A DNA stretch of 64,000 nucleotides from an uncultured delta proteobacterium (GTDB lineage Bacteria > Myxococcota > Kuafuiibacteriia > Kuafuiibacteriales > Kuafuiibacteriaceae), in contig CAWDML010000006.1 in NCBI GenBank assembly GCA_963803435.1, forward strand, positions 128,001 to 192,000, in the 5' to 3' direction. Shown in pieces: positions 30,317 through 42,208 of this stretch (the first letter of the stretch is position 1; every line of letters begins with the position of its first letter). The position numbers and the translations under genes were made by a program. The notes beneath the pieces were generated by a model that worked only from the letters and a program-made list of their open reading frames with translations, had not been told where the DNA came from and searched no databases.

Positions 30317-31089
30317 CCGGAATCTTCATCGGGATCGCGGCGATCCTGGTCGGACAGGCGCTGGAGGGCGGGCACATCGGCTCCATCACTCAGCCGACCG
30401 CCGCGCTGATTGTCCTGGGTGGGACCTTCGGCGCCGTGGTGCTCCAGTTCCCTGCCGCGGTCCTGAAGCAGACCGTCCGCGCGCTCAAGCAGGCGTTCGT
30501 CCCTGAGCCCATCGAGATCCGCGAGACGATCACCACGCTGGTGCTGCTGGCCAACAAGGCGCGGCGGAACGGGCTGATCGCGATCGAGAACGACGTCGCC
30601 GAGCTCCCCAACGCGTTCATGCGCCGCGGTCTCGAGCTGGTGATCGACGGGACCGACGCGCGCGTGACCCGCAACTCGCTGGAGTTCGAGCTCAACCATC
30701 ACGAGGACGAGGTGGAGCAACCGCCCAAGGTCCTCGAGGCCGCGGGAGGCTACGCGCCCACCGTCGGTATTCTGGGCGCGGTGCTCGGTCTGATCCACGT
30801 GATGGAGAACCTCTCCGATCCTACGAAGCTCGGCGGTGGGATCGCGGTCGCCTTCGTCGCGACCGTGTACGGCGTGGGCTCGGCGAACCTCCTCTTTCTG
30901 CCGCTGGCCGGAAAGCTCAAGGCCCGGGCCCGCGAGAAGATCGCGCTGATGGCGGTGATGATCGAGGGCATCTGCGCCATCGCCGAGGGCGAGAACCCGC
31001 GGCTGATCGAACGCAAGCTGGGAGCGTTCCTCGACGGTCAGGCGCCGCTGACGCGCGAAGCCGTCGTCGAGATCGCGAAGGCGGTCTGA
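30298..31089 (+). CDS. motA: Stator subunit MotA
   Basis: ALIVLGGT, ARRNGLIAIE, YAPTVGILGAVLGLI, AFVATVYG. Confidence 0.95.
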   Translation: MDLTTVAGIFIGIAAILVGQALEGGHIGSITQPTAALIVLGGTFGAVVLQFPAAVLKQTVRALKQAFVPEPIEIRETITTLVLLANKARRNGLIAIENDVAELPNAFMRRGLELVIDGTDARVTRNSLEFELNHHEDEVEQPPKVLEAAGGYAPTVGILGAVLGLIHVMENLSDPTKLGGGIAVAFVATVYGVGSANLLFLPLAGKLKARAREKIALMAVMIEGICAIAEGENPRLIERKLGAFLDGQAPLTREAVVEIAKAV

Positions 31090-31784
31090 TGGCGCGCCGA
31101 AGGAAGCCTCCGGAGCACGTGAACCACGAGCGCTGGCTCGTCTCCTACGCCGACTTCATCACGCTCTTGTTCGCGTTCTTCACCACGCTGTACGCCATCT
31201 CGACGGTCGACCAGCGCAAGGCCGGCAAGCTGCAGTACGCGATGATGACCGCGTTCAACGTCCAGGTCTTCAGCAGCGACCAGCCGGCGCCGGGGAGCAA
31301 GCCCACGCCCGCCATCGTCCCGCCGATCCGCGTCCTCGAGACCGACCTGAGGCAGCTGGGCGACGGCGATCTGGCCGGCAAGTTCTCGGTCCGTCGCAAT
31401 GGCGACGAGCTCGTGATCAGCCTCCCCGAAGCGAACTTCTTCGCCTCCGGCAGCGACGACGTGCGCCGGGAGGCGCTGGCGGTGCTCGATGTGCTGGCCG
31501 AGCGGATCAAGCAATACGACGACTCGGTCGAGGTCGCGGTGGAAGGACACACCGACAACCTCCCGCTCAAGACGAGAGGCCGTACCAACTGGGACCTCTC
31601 CGTGGCTCGGGCGACCGCGGTAGTCCGATACATGCTCGAGAAGCACGACTTCGATCCCGCTCATCTCTCGGCCGCCGGCTACGCAGAGTTTCGTCCCGTC
31701 GCCGACAACGACACGCCCGAAGGTCGCGCCAAGAACCGTCGTGTGGACATCGTGGTGAAGCCGAGAGCGCCTCAAAAGGCGTGA
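31089..31784 (+). CDS. motB: Stator subunit MotB with OmpA-like peptidoglycan-binding domain
   Basis: ERWLVSYADFITLL (conserved Asp); EGHTDN, NWDLSVARA, KNRRVDI. Confidence 0.95.
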   Translation: MARRRKPPEHVNHERWLVSYADFITLLFAFFTTLYAISTVDQRKAGKLQYAMMTAFNVQVFSSDQPAPGSKPTPAIVPPIRVLETDLRQLGDGDLAGKFSVRRNGDELVISLPEANFFASGSDDVRREALAVLDVLAERIKQYDDSVEVAVEGHTDNLPLKTRGRTNWDLSVARATAVVRYMLEKHDFDPAHLSAAGYAEFRPVADNDTPEGRAKNRRVDIVVKPRAPQKA

Positions 31785-33979
31785 TGGATCTCTTTCTGTC
31801 CGCCCGCCTCGATGACCACCTCGGTCTCGAAGGGCGCACCACCCTGCTGCGGTACCAGCTTGAGGATCCGGGTGCCGGCCGGGACCTCCATGTTGAAGCG
31901 GGGCGTACGGCCGAAGCTGCGCCCGTCGACGAAGACCTCCGCGACCACCGTCGCGGTCACGTTGATCCGACCCGTCCCTTGCACCGCGTTGGCCGCCGTT
32001 CCGCAGCTCAAGGTCGCCTCGACCAGCGAGACGGTCGCCTTCTGCATCGGGACGCTGGTCTCGTAGGGCTGGCAGCCCGGCTTCTCCAGGCGGACGGAGG
32101 CAGTGTCGCCGGCGCGGAGCCCCGGGATTGTGAGGGGCGTGGTGCCCACGGCCTTGCCTCCCAGGATCACCTTGGCGCCGGTTGGCGCGGAGGTGACGTC
32201 GAGGAGCGGCCGCAGCTTGCGGGTGTCGACCGACAGCTGCGCGGGGGACGACTCGTCGACCGCGACGCGAGCCCGATGAACAATCGAACCATCCTCGCGC
32301 TTGAGGATCACCTCGACCGTGCCTGCGCGTAGACCGTCGACGCGGGTGGGCGTGAGCCGACCGGTCGACTCGCCGTCGACGAACACCGCGAGGCCCGGAG
32401 GCTCGGTGTCAATCAGGAGCTCACCCTTCCCGGGCTCTTGCTCGAGCACGAAGCTCTCCTGCGTCTGGACGCTGGGATCGATGCGAACCGGACGGATGAT
32501 CTCCTTGAACCCGCGGGCGCGGACCGTGAGGACGTAGTTGCCAGGCTCGAGGTCGAGCGTGAAGGGCGACCGGTTGGCCACCAGTCAATCGTTGACCAGG
32601 ATGTCCGCCTCCTGAGGCCTCGTGTCGACGGCCACCGAGCCCACCTGGGGCTTGGCGTTGAGGCGCCACACCAGCACCCCCAGCACTCCGAACAGCACCA
32701 CCAGGAGCGCCCCAATCATGCCTGCCGCCCACGACGGCAGCCGCGGCTTGGGCGGCGGCACCGGCGGCAGGTGGTGCATCTGCGGGACGTACTGCGGAGG
32801 CGGGATGTACTCCTGGGTCGGCGGGAGCGGCGCGGGGGCGGCCACCGGCGCCGGCTTCACCAGCGAGCGTGTGGGCTCGCGGGGGTCGGGGCGGGTCCCC
32901 AGCGGCGTATGAAACGACACGTTCGCCTCGGTCGTCATCCGCTCCTGCAGGCTGCTGCCGGACAGGGTCTCGTCCTCGGACACGAACTGCTCGAACGTGA
33001 TCGAGCGGTAGCGGTCGAGGCGCTCCATCTCCTTGGCCATCTCCTCCTTGAAGTGCTGCTGCATGTAGCGCTGGAGGTCGGTGCGGGAGAACGGTTGGTT
33101 GGTGGCGAACAGGTAGCGCTGGAGATCCTCGGCCATCTCGGAGGCGTGGCGGTAGCGGTCCTCGCGCGTCTTCGCGAGCGCCTTCATGACGATCCGCTCG
33201 AGGTGCGGTGAGAGGTTCTTGTTGAGGCGCGTCGGCGGGACCATCTCGACGTTTCTGACCTTCTCCAGCGTGGAGAAGTCCGACTCTCCCAGGAACAGGC
33301 GGTCGCCCACCAGCAGCTCGTAGAGCACGATGCCGACGCCGAAGATGTCGGAGCGGTTGTCGAGCTCAATCCCGCGCACCTGCTCGGGCGACATGTACCC
33401 GAACTTGCCTTTCAGCACGCCGGCCTGCGTCTTCGAGACCTTGTTGGCGGCCTTGGCGATGCCGAAGTCGATCACCTTCACCTCGCCCTCGAACGAGATG
33501 AGGATGTTCTGCGGCGACACGTCGCGGTGGACCAGGCCGAGGTCGCCGCCGGTCTCGTCCTTCTTTCGATGGGCGGCGTCGAGCCCCTCGCACACCCGCT
33601 GGATCACGTGGCAGCTCATCGCGATCGGCAGCAGCCGATTCCGCTGCCGCGCGCGATCCCACATCGAGCGGAGATCGGTCCCCGACACGTACTCCATCGC
33701 GATGTAGTAGTTGTCGTCGACTTGGCCGAGGTCGAAGATCTGGGCGATGTTCGCGTGTTGCAGCTGCACGGCGAGCTTCGCCTCGTCGACGAACATCTCG
33801 ATGAAGTCCGGGTCGGCGGCGATGTTCGGCAGGATCCGCTTGAGCGCGACCATGCGTTCGAACCCCTGGACGCCCTCCATCTTCCCGCGGAACACCTCGG
33901 CCATTCCGCCGACGTTGATGCGATCGAGCAGGATGTAGCGGCCGAACTTGACGGGTCTTGGCTCGGGGAACGCGCCCAC
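31772..33979 (-). CDS. Ser/Thr kinase-TM-multi-PEGA protein interrupted by an in-frame TGA at 32585-32587
   Basis: GGMAEVF, HRDVSPQN, IDFG, YMSPE; reads ILVND*LVANRSP in frame inside the first PEGA domain. Confidence 0.85.
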
Positions 33980-34007
33980 GGGGCCTCGGAGTATAGCCAG
34001 GGGTCGG

Positions 34008-35282
34008 TCAGGATCGAAGGGCGGACGCAGGATTCGCTCGTGCGGCCCGCGCGGCCGGAACCAGGGCACCTACCAGGGCAGCCGCCACTCCGAGGAGGAA
34101 CGCAGTCACGATCAGGATCGGCGGCAGCGCGACCACGTGCTCGGGCTTGAAGGCGATGTCGGGGAGGCGGGACACCAGCAAGGAGTCGAGCAGCCACGCC
34201 GCGGCCGAGCCCAGCATCACGCCCGCGAGCCCGCCGACCACACCGACCGCGCCGGCCTGAAGCAGCACCATGCGTCTCAGATCGCGGCGCTTGGCGCCGA
34301 GCGCCCGCAGGATCGCCAGCTCGAGCCGCCGCTCGCCCACCAAGAGGAAGAAGGTCTGCGCGATCGCGAACGCCGACAACAGGAGCAGCGTCCCGCCGAA
34401 CAGACCGATCAGCGCCCCGGCCACGGCGATGCCGGCTCCGACGATCTTCGCCGTCTCGTCCACCTCGAAGCCGGCCTTCTCGATCGCGCGCGCCACCGAC
34501 CCGGCGACGTCCGAGCCCGCCGTCGACACGTACGCGCCCGAGAGCGGGCTCTTGGCGCCGTGCTCCCGGTTCCATCGCCGCACCGTCGCCTCCGGGACCG
34601 TGATCCCGACCAGCGTGGCCTGATCGGAGAGGCCCACGATCTGCGCGGTCATGCGCTGTACGCGGGTGGGATCGGGCGTCCCGCGCGCGTACGAGGAGCC
34701 GAGGACGAGCTCGAACTCGAACCCGATCACCATGTCCGGCGACAGGCGGGGCTTGTCGATCGCCGTCGCGATCGTCGTGTTGTAGAGATCGAGCAGCCGC
34801 CGGGCCACCAGGACCGGGACCTTGTCGCCGCCGCCCTCCTCGAAGCGGTACCCCTCGCCAATGTCCGCCGCCACCAGGTCCGGCGCGACCCCGGTGGCGA
34901 ACACGTCCGTCATCATGCGATGGCCGATGAAGCCTTCGCCGCCCTCGGCCCGCATGGGGAAGGAGGCGGCCACCACCGGATAGACCTTCTTCACCCCCTC
35001 GATCTGTCCCAACCGGCGGATGGCATCGTCGTCGAGGCCGCTCCCCGAGAGCGCGGACGAGTCGAACGCGAGCATGCCCACGGAGAGGGTCTTGGGCTCG
35101 ACCTTCAGGAGATCGAGCGGGAGCTCGGGGAGCAGCGGCGCGACCACGTAGCGATGGATCCCGCTCACCAGCCCGCCCAAGAGCACGACCACGCCGACGC
35201 TGGCCGCCACCGCGATCACGACCACCGCGAGGCGGCGCCGGCTCCTCAGGAGGTCCGAGGCGATCAGCGTCCCCAGCCTCAT
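34008..35282 (-). CDS. MacB/FtsX/LolE-family ABC permease
   Basis: TM1, large periplasmic domain, ERRLELAILRALGA, three C-terminal TMs. Confidence 0.9.
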   Translation of the reverse strand: MRLGTLIASDLLRSRRRLAVVVIAVAASVGVVVLLGGLVSGIHRYVVAPLLPELPLDLLKVEPKTLSVGMLAFDSSALSGSGLDDDAIRRLGQIEGVKKVYPVVAASFPMRAEGGEGFIGHRMMTDVFATGVAPDLVAADIGEGYRFEEGGGDKVPVLVARRLLDLYNTTIATAIDKPRLSPDMVIGFEFELVLGSSYARGTPDPTRVQRMTAQIVGLSDQATLVGITVPEATVRRWNREHGAKSPLSGAYVSTAGSDVAGSVARAIEKAGFEVDETAKIVGAGIAVAGALIGLFGGTLLLLSAFAIAQTFFLLVGERRLELAILRALGAKRRDLRRMVLLQAGAVGVVGGLAGVMLGSAAAWLLDSLLVSRLPDIAFKPEHVVALPPILIVTAFLLGVAAALVGALVPAARAARANPASALRS

Positions 35283-35962
35283 GCGAGCCGCCCCGCCTCG
35301 AGGCGCACCACGCGATCGGCGCGCGCGGCCAGCTCGGAGTCGTGGGTGGCGACCACCACCGCGCAGTGCTGCTCGCGACGCACGCGGTCGAAGATCTCGA
35401 AGATCAGCGCGCCCGTCTCTCGATCCAGGTTGCCCGTGGGCTCGTCGGCGAGCAGCAGCTTGGGTCCGTTGATCACGGCCCGCGCGATCGCCACGCGCTG
35501 CCGCTCGCCGCCGCTCATCGAAGGCACCGGCTCGTCGAGGCGATCACCCAGCCCGACCAGAGCGAGCACCTCGCGGGCGCGAGCGCGCTCGTCGTCGCGG
35601 GAGCGGCGCGACGGGAGCAGCCACATCGGCACCTCGACGTTCTCCGCCACCGAGAGGTGGTCGAGGAGATGAAAGGCCTGGAACACGAAGCCAATCTGCT
35701 CGTTGCGGAGCGCGGTCCGCTCGTCCTCCGAGAGGACATCGAGCGTCCGACCCATCAGCTCGGCGTGCCCGCGGTAGCCGCCGTCGAGCGCGCCCAGAAT
35801 GGTGAGCAGCGTCGTCTTGCCGCAACCGCTCGGCCCCACCAGCGCGACCATTTCGCCGGCGCCCACCTCGAGGTCGATCCCGGCCAGCACCTCGCGCCGC
35901 CGGGGCCCGTCCTCGAACGTCCGAGCGACGTCCTGGAGCTTGACCACGATGTTCGTGCTCAT
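35279..35962 (-). CDS. LolD/MacB-type ABC ATPase
   Basis: GPSGCGKT, IGFVFQ, SGGERQR, LADEPTGNLD, ATHD. Confidence 0.95.
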   Translation of the reverse strand: MSTNIVVKLQDVARTFEDGPRRREVLAGIDLEVGAGEMVALVGPSGCGKTTLLTILGALDGGYRGHAELMGRTLDVLSEDERTALRNEQIGFVFQAFHLLDHLSVAENVEVPMWLLPSRRSRDDERARAREVLALVGLGDRLDEPVPSMSGGERQRVAIARAVINGPKLLLADEPTGNLDRETGALIFEIFDRVRREQHCAVVVATHDSELAARADRVVRLEAGRLA

Positions 35963-37584
35963 TCGCTCTTCGGCGCGATCGCGAGCTTGAGCTCACCATG
36001 GAGGTCGATACCATCCGGCGCCAGCTTGGCCTGGAGAGTGGCCACGTCGAGGAGCGCGACCGCGTCCACGATCTTGCGTGCGATCGCCCGGAAGAGCGCG
36101 GGGAGCGCGGCGATCGGGAAGGTCTTGAGCTGCTGGGCCAGGACGCCGAAGCGAAGCTCGAGCGCCAGCCCCCCGACACCCGCGAGGAGGTCCCGCCCGC
36201 CGGCGTTGGCGACGACGCTGTTGGTGATGGCGGGCTCGTTCGAGAACACCATCGCGCCCGCCTTGCCGAACGTCTCCACCAGCGTGGCGCGGGCCCCGCT
36301 CGTCGGATCCACCTGGGCCACCACCCGCACGTCCTGTCCGGCGGCGTTGCGCGTCGAGATCTCGAACTGGCGCGCCTTCAGCCCCGGATCGAGCCGCTGC
36401 TCGATCGTCTTGATCGTCTCCTCGTCCTTGGTGCCCACGGCGAAGACCGTCCACAGCGCGGACATCGGGTTGCGCTGGAGCGCCATCAGCGTGAGTCGCG
36501 AGAGATCGCCGGCCCCCACCGAGACCGCGCCGTGCCCCGACAGGAGCGGGATGACGTCGTGCTCGGGATCAGTGCCGACGTCCGACTTCACGCGCTCGAA
36601 GAAGCGATCGAGCTCGGCACGGTTGGCGGATCCAGGAGGCGCGAGCATCGCGATCAGCGCACTCGGATCGCCGCCCACCTGCAGCACCGCAGCGGCCGCG
36701 GGGACGTCGAGCGCGCGGATCCCGGCGGGCGCCTTCGCGCCAGTGAAGAGCTTTCGCGCCCGCTCCATGCCGCCTTCGTCGAGACGCAGGCGGCCTTGCA
36801 TCTCCAGACCGGTCGGCTTGGCGTCGAGGCTCCAGCCGGCGCTCACCAGTCCACCGAGGCCGGCCGGAAGCACGAAGCCGGGGCGGCGCATGATCAGCTG
36901 GACCGCGTCGACCACCGCGCGGGCGCCGGAGGGCGAGATCGCGCGGACGTCCCAGCTCTGGCCGAGCGCGCCGACCTGCTTCGCGTACTCCGGGTGCGAG
37001 GCGACGCTGTCTTCGGGCTTTCGCAGCAGCGCCGCGGCCACCATCTCCTTGGCCTTGGGGCCGGCGCCCACCAGCCCGGCGCCGCGGGCGACGGCGCAGG
37101 CGGCGACGGTGACGAGCTGCGGTCCGAACTCGCCCTGATAGAGCGTGATCTCGCCCTCGACCGTGGTCTTGTTGGCGCCGACCCGCGCGGCGGCCGCGTC
37201 GTGCACGGTCTGTTTGAACTTGGCGGCGTCGTCGACCGGGATCACCCACATCGCTGACCGACCACCGTCCTCGAGCTGGACCGCAACCTGTCCTTCGGTT
37301 CGTACGCCGGCCTTCTTCAGACCGTCGTCGGTGCTCGGATCGAACCCGAGCGTCAGCGCCAGCTCTTGACGCAACGAGTCTACCTGTCCGGTCGTGATGA
37401 ACGCGCCGAGCTCGTGCGCCAGCGCCTCCCGGAGCCGCACCAGCGTGCGAACGTCGCGCACCTCGACCACGACCTCCGCGTCCTTGGCCACGAAGTGGGT
37501 GGGCGGCTCCGACGGGGTCGAGCCGCAGCCTCGACAGCCGGACAGCACGGCGGGCACCGCCAAGGCGAGTAAGGCTCTGCGCAT
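35959..37584 (-). CDS. Large lipoprotein of unknown function, cotranscribed with the ABC system
   Basis: Lipobox LSGC; ATGA overlap with the ATPase gene. Confidence 0.75.
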   Translation of the reverse strand: MRRALLALAVPAVLSGCRGCGSTPSEPPTHFVAKDAEVVVEVRDVRTLVRLREALAHELGAFITTGQVDSLRQELALTLGFDPSTDDGLKKAGVRTEGQVAVQLEDGGRSAMWVIPVDDAAKFKQTVHDAAAARVGANKTTVEGEITLYQGEFGPQLVTVAACAVARGAGLVGAGPKAKEMVAAALLRKPEDSVASHPEYAKQVGALGQSWDVRAISPSGARAVVDAVQLIMRRPGFVLPAGLGGLVSAGWSLDAKPTGLEMQGRLRLDEGGMERARKLFTGAKAPAGIRALDVPAAAAVLQVGGDPSALIAMLAPPGSANRAELDRFFERVKSDVGTDPEHDVIPLLSGHGAVSVGAGDLSRLTLMALQRNPMSALWTVFAVGTKDEETIKTIEQRLDPGLKARQFEISTRNAAGQDVRVVAQVDPTSGARATLVETFGKAGAMVFSNEPAITNSVVANAGGRDLLAGVGGLALELRFGVLAQQLKTFPIAALPALFRAIARKIVDAVALLDVATLQAKLAPDGIDLHGELKLAIAPKSE

Positions 37585-37695
37585 CGGAAAGCAGCCAATC
37601 ATCGGTCCCGGAACACGTCAACGCACGCGAACCGTCCCGGCAGATCCGGTGGGTGTTGCGAGTCGCACGAGATGTTGCAACATTCCCCAGAAGCC

Positions 37696-39075
<1,380 letters not shown>

Positions 39076-39078
39076 GCC

Positions 39079-40038
39079 TCAGGGCCAGAACAGGAACAAG
39101 CCCAGGACGATCGCGAACAGCCCCGGCAAGACCTTCTGGCAGCGGATGTCGAGCTTGACCGCGTCGTCGTAGCGGTCCTTGCGGTTGAGGACGTGCGTGA
39201 CCAGGTTCTCGATGAACGCGCCGAAGATGAAGATGTAGCCGAGCACAATGAACACGTCCATGCGCGTGACGTAGCTGATCTTCGGGAGCGTGTCGGCGAT
39301 GGCGAAGTTGAAGGCGACCACCGCCAGCATCGAGGTGACGGCGAGCCCGATGCGGGCCTCGAGCTCCTCCGGGTCCATCCAGAACACGGCCCACGACATG
39401 GCGATGATCAGCACCAGCGGGAGGACGATCTTCCAGAGGTAGTAGCCGGAGTCGCGATGCACCACCAGCTCGGCCGTGAAGCGCGAGTAGTCGGTGTTCT
39501 CCTCGGGATAGTGGTGCTCCTCGACGCGCGTCCGGATCTTCTTGAGCCGCCAGCCGTCGGTGATGCGGAAGTTGTTCTTGGAGACCGCGTCGCCCTCGAC
39601 GTGGAAGGTCAGCTTCTTCGCGTCGTAGGAGAACGACTCGATCGAGACGGGCAGGACGTGCTGGTCGAAGGGAAACTTGCGAAGGTCGAAGCTGGTGGAG
39701 AGCGTGGTCCAGATGTGCTGGACCTGGACGGCGGTACCGTCGGGCGAGACCGTCAGCGTATTGTCGCTCTCGTTCTTGACCTGGCGGTTCTGCATGAACT
39801 CGAGGTTCGGCTGCCAGTGGTCCGCGGCGGGAACCGAGCGATCGCCCTTGACGGACGGATCGGCGAGCGTGGGATCCCGCCACGTGGTGTAAAGGTACAG
39901 CTCGACGTCGAACTCCTGCTCGCGATCGCGGATGTCCGAGAGCTCGATCAGGCTGTACTTCGCGTTGATCTCCATCGAGGAGGCCCCTTGGGGGAGCCCG
40001 GAGACGGTGGCGGTGAGCACGAGGAGAGCCGGGTTCAT
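39079..40038 (-). CDS. Prokaryotic pentameric ligand-gated ion channel (GLIC/ELIC family)
   Basis: WQPNLEF, FDLRKFPFDQ Pro-loop, RDSGYYLWKIVLP pre-M1, M2 EARIGLAVTSML, LPKISY, four TMs. Confidence 0.9.
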   Translation of the reverse strand: MNPALLVLTATVSGLPQGASSMEINAKYSLIELSDIRDREQEFDVELYLYTTWRDPTLADPSVKGDRSVPAADHWQPNLEFMQNRQVKNESDNTLTVSPDGTAVQVQHIWTTLSTSFDLRKFPFDQHVLPVSIESFSYDAKKLTFHVEGDAVSKNNFRITDGWRLKKIRTRVEEHHYPEENTDYSRFTAELVVHRDSGYYLWKIVLPLVLIIAMSWAVFWMDPEELEARIGLAVTSMLAVVAFNFAIADTLPKISYVTRMDVFIVLGYIFIFGAFIENLVTHVLNRKDRYDDAVKLDIRCQKVLPGLFAIVLGLFLFWP

Positions 40039-40121
40039 GCGAGCGCTCCTGATAGCACGAGGCCATCGCGTCGGATACACGCCCCTTTTTCCTTTTGGCT
40101 CCGTGCATTACCGATCCACAG

Positions 40122-41363
40122 GTGCGGGGGCTCGCTCTGTTCTCACTCTTCTTCGCGTGCACGCAGACCGCCACCCCGGAGACGAGCGACCGCACGCGGA
40201 TCGTCTTCAAGCACGGCAAGCTCTTCTCCTCCTCCGCCGCGATCCAGGATCTGATCGGCACGTTCGAGCGTGAGAATCCATCGATCGAGGTCGACGACGA
40301 GGAGCTGCCCTCCAACACCGACGAGCAGCACCGGTTCTTCGTGATCAACCTCGAGGGCGCCTCGTCCGACTTCGACGTCTTCGCCCTCGACGTGATCTGG
40401 GTCTCGGAGTTCAGCCGGGCCGGCTGGATCCGCCCGCTCGATCACCTGCTCACACCGGCGGAGCGCGCCGACTTCTTCCCCGGGACGCTCGACGCCGTCA
40501 GCTACGGCGACCACGTCAACACGATCCCGTGGTTCGTGGGCGCCGGCGTCCTCTACTACCGGACCGATCTGGTCCCGGAGCCGCCCACAACCTGGGCGCA
40601 GATGGCGACCGCCGCCGAGCGAGCCCTGGCGGCCCACACCGGGCCGGACCCGCTCTACGGCTTCGTCTGGCAGGGCAAGCAGTACGAGGGCCTGATCTGC
40701 GACGCGCTCGAGCACATGTGGAGCGAAGGCGGACGCGTGGTGGAGAACGGGCACGCCGTCGTCGACTCGCCCGCGAACCGGCGCGCCCTCGCCTTCATGC
40801 GCGGACTGATCGATCGCGGCGTCTCGCCCGAGTTCGTGCTGACCATGACCGAGGAGCCGGCACGCCGCACCTTCCAGGACGGGCGCGCCGTGTTCATGCG
40901 CAACTGGCCCTACGCCTGGAGCTTGATGCAGTCCGAGGGCTCCGCCGTGCGCGGCAAGATCGGCATGACCGTGATCCCGGGATCGGCCGCGACCCTCGGC
41001 GGCTGGCATCTGGGCGTCAACCGCTACTCGCGCCACCCGGACGCGGCCGAGCGCTTCGTGCGCTTCATGACCTCGCGCGCCGCGGAGAAGCGAATGACGA
41101 TGACCGGTGAGTTCCACCCCGCACTCCGCTCGCTCTTCGCGGACCCGGAGCTCCTGGCGAAGTATCCGTTCCTCGCCTCGCTGGTGCCGATCTTCGAGAG
41201 CGCTCGCCCGCGCCCGGTGACGCCGTACTACATGATGATCTCGCAGGTGCTCCAGGTGGAGATCAGCGCGATCCTGGCCGGCCTGCGCACCCCCGAGGCG
41301 GCGCTCGCCTCGGCCCAGGAGCAGATCGAGCACATCCTGGAGATCGAGCCCGCCCGCCCATGA
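40122..41363 (+). CDS. CUT1 sugar ABC substrate-binding lipoprotein (trehalose/maltose-like)
   Basis: Lipobox FFAC; DVIWVSEF, QYEGL, FMRNWPYA, LGGW, RPVTPYY. Confidence 0.9.
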   Translation: MRGLALFSLFFACTQTATPETSDRTRIVFKHGKLFSSSAAIQDLIGTFERENPSIEVDDEELPSNTDEQHRFFVINLEGASSDFDVFALDVIWVSEFSRAGWIRPLDHLLTPAERADFFPGTLDAVSYGDHVNTIPWFVGAGVLYYRTDLVPEPPTTWAQMATAAERALAAHTGPDPLYGFVWQGKQYEGLICDALEHMWSEGGRVVENGHAVVDSPANRRALAFMRGLIDRGVSPEFVLTMTEEPARRTFQDGRAVFMRNWPYAWSLMQSEGSAVRGKIGMTVIPGSAATLGGWHLGVNRYSRHPDAAERFVRFMTSRAAEKRMTMTGEFHPALRSLFADPELLAKYPFLASLVPIFESARPRPVTPYYMMISQVLQVEISAILAGLRTPEAALASAQEQIEHILEIEPARP

Positions 41364-42208
41364 GAGCGCCCCGCGCCAAGCATCTCTTCCTGGCGCCCGC
41401 GCTAGCGGTGCTCTTCGCCGTCACGATCTATCCCTTGATCCAGGTGGTCTGGCTGAGCTTCCACCGCCGGCTCCTGATCTTCGACATCAACGAGCTGGTC
41501 GGCTTCGACAACTACCTCCACCTCTTCGATGACGACCGCTACTGGCGCGCGGTCCTCAACACGTTCTACTTCACCGGCGTCTCGGTGGCGCTCGAGCTGG
41601 TGCTGGGCGTCGCCTTCGCACTCCTCCTCGACTCGGTGGTGCGGGGCCGCGGCCTCCTGCGCGCGGTCGTGCTCCTGCCCTGGGCGATCCCGACGGTGGT
41701 CTCCGCCAAGATGTGGGAGTGGATCTACAACCCTGACTTCGGGATCCTGAACCACCTCCTCGGCGCCAAGATCAGCTGGCTCGGCAGCCCCCTGTGGGCG
41801 CTCAACGCCGCCGTGTTGATGGACGTCTGGAAGACCACGCCGTTCGTGACCCTGCTGATCACGGCCGCGCTCCAGGAGATCCCGGAGGATCTCTATCGCG
41901 CGGCCCGCGTCGACGGCGCGGATCGCGGCGCGATCTTCCGCCGCATCACGCTGCCGCTGCTGATGCCGATCATCTTGGTCATCCTCATCTTCCGCACGCT
42001 CGACGCCTTCCGGGTCTTCGACGCCGTCTACGTGCTCACCGGCGGCGGGCCGGCCGGCACCACCGAGACGCTCTCGATCTACGCGTACAACCTGCTGTTT
42101 CAAACGCTCCAGTTCGGATACGGCTCCACCGTCGCGCTGACGGTGTTCGTGTTCGTTGGGATCCTGACGCTCGGCTACCTGGCGCTCCTCAGGAGGAGCA
42201 CGCGATGA
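41360..42208 (+). CDS. Sugar ABC permease (MalF-like)
   Basis: VGFDNY, DVWKTTPF, LYRAARVDGA EAA loop. Confidence 0.93.
   Translation: MRAPRAKHLFLAPALAVLFAVTIYPLIQVVWLSFHRRLLIFDINELVGFDNYLHLFDDDRYWRAVLNTFYFTGVSVALELVLGVAFALLLDSVVRGRGLLRAVVLLPWAIPTVVSAKMWEWIYNPDFGILNHLLGAKISWLGSPLWALNAAVLMDVWKTTPFVTLLITAALQEIPEDLYRAARVDGADRGAIFRRITLPLLMPIILVILIFRTLDAFRVFDAVYVLTGGGPAGTTETLSIYAYNLLFQTLQFGYGSTVALTVFVFVGILTLGYLALLRRSTR

Noticed and set aside
30298-31784. MotAB as Zorya ZorAB or a gliding motor
   Set aside because: MotA has normal length with no long ZorA tail, flbD is upstream, and the motifs are flagellar-type.
32585-32587. Selenocysteine or programmed readthrough
   Set aside because: Not a Cys/redox position; CGA-to-TGA is simpler; other genes use TGA as stop.
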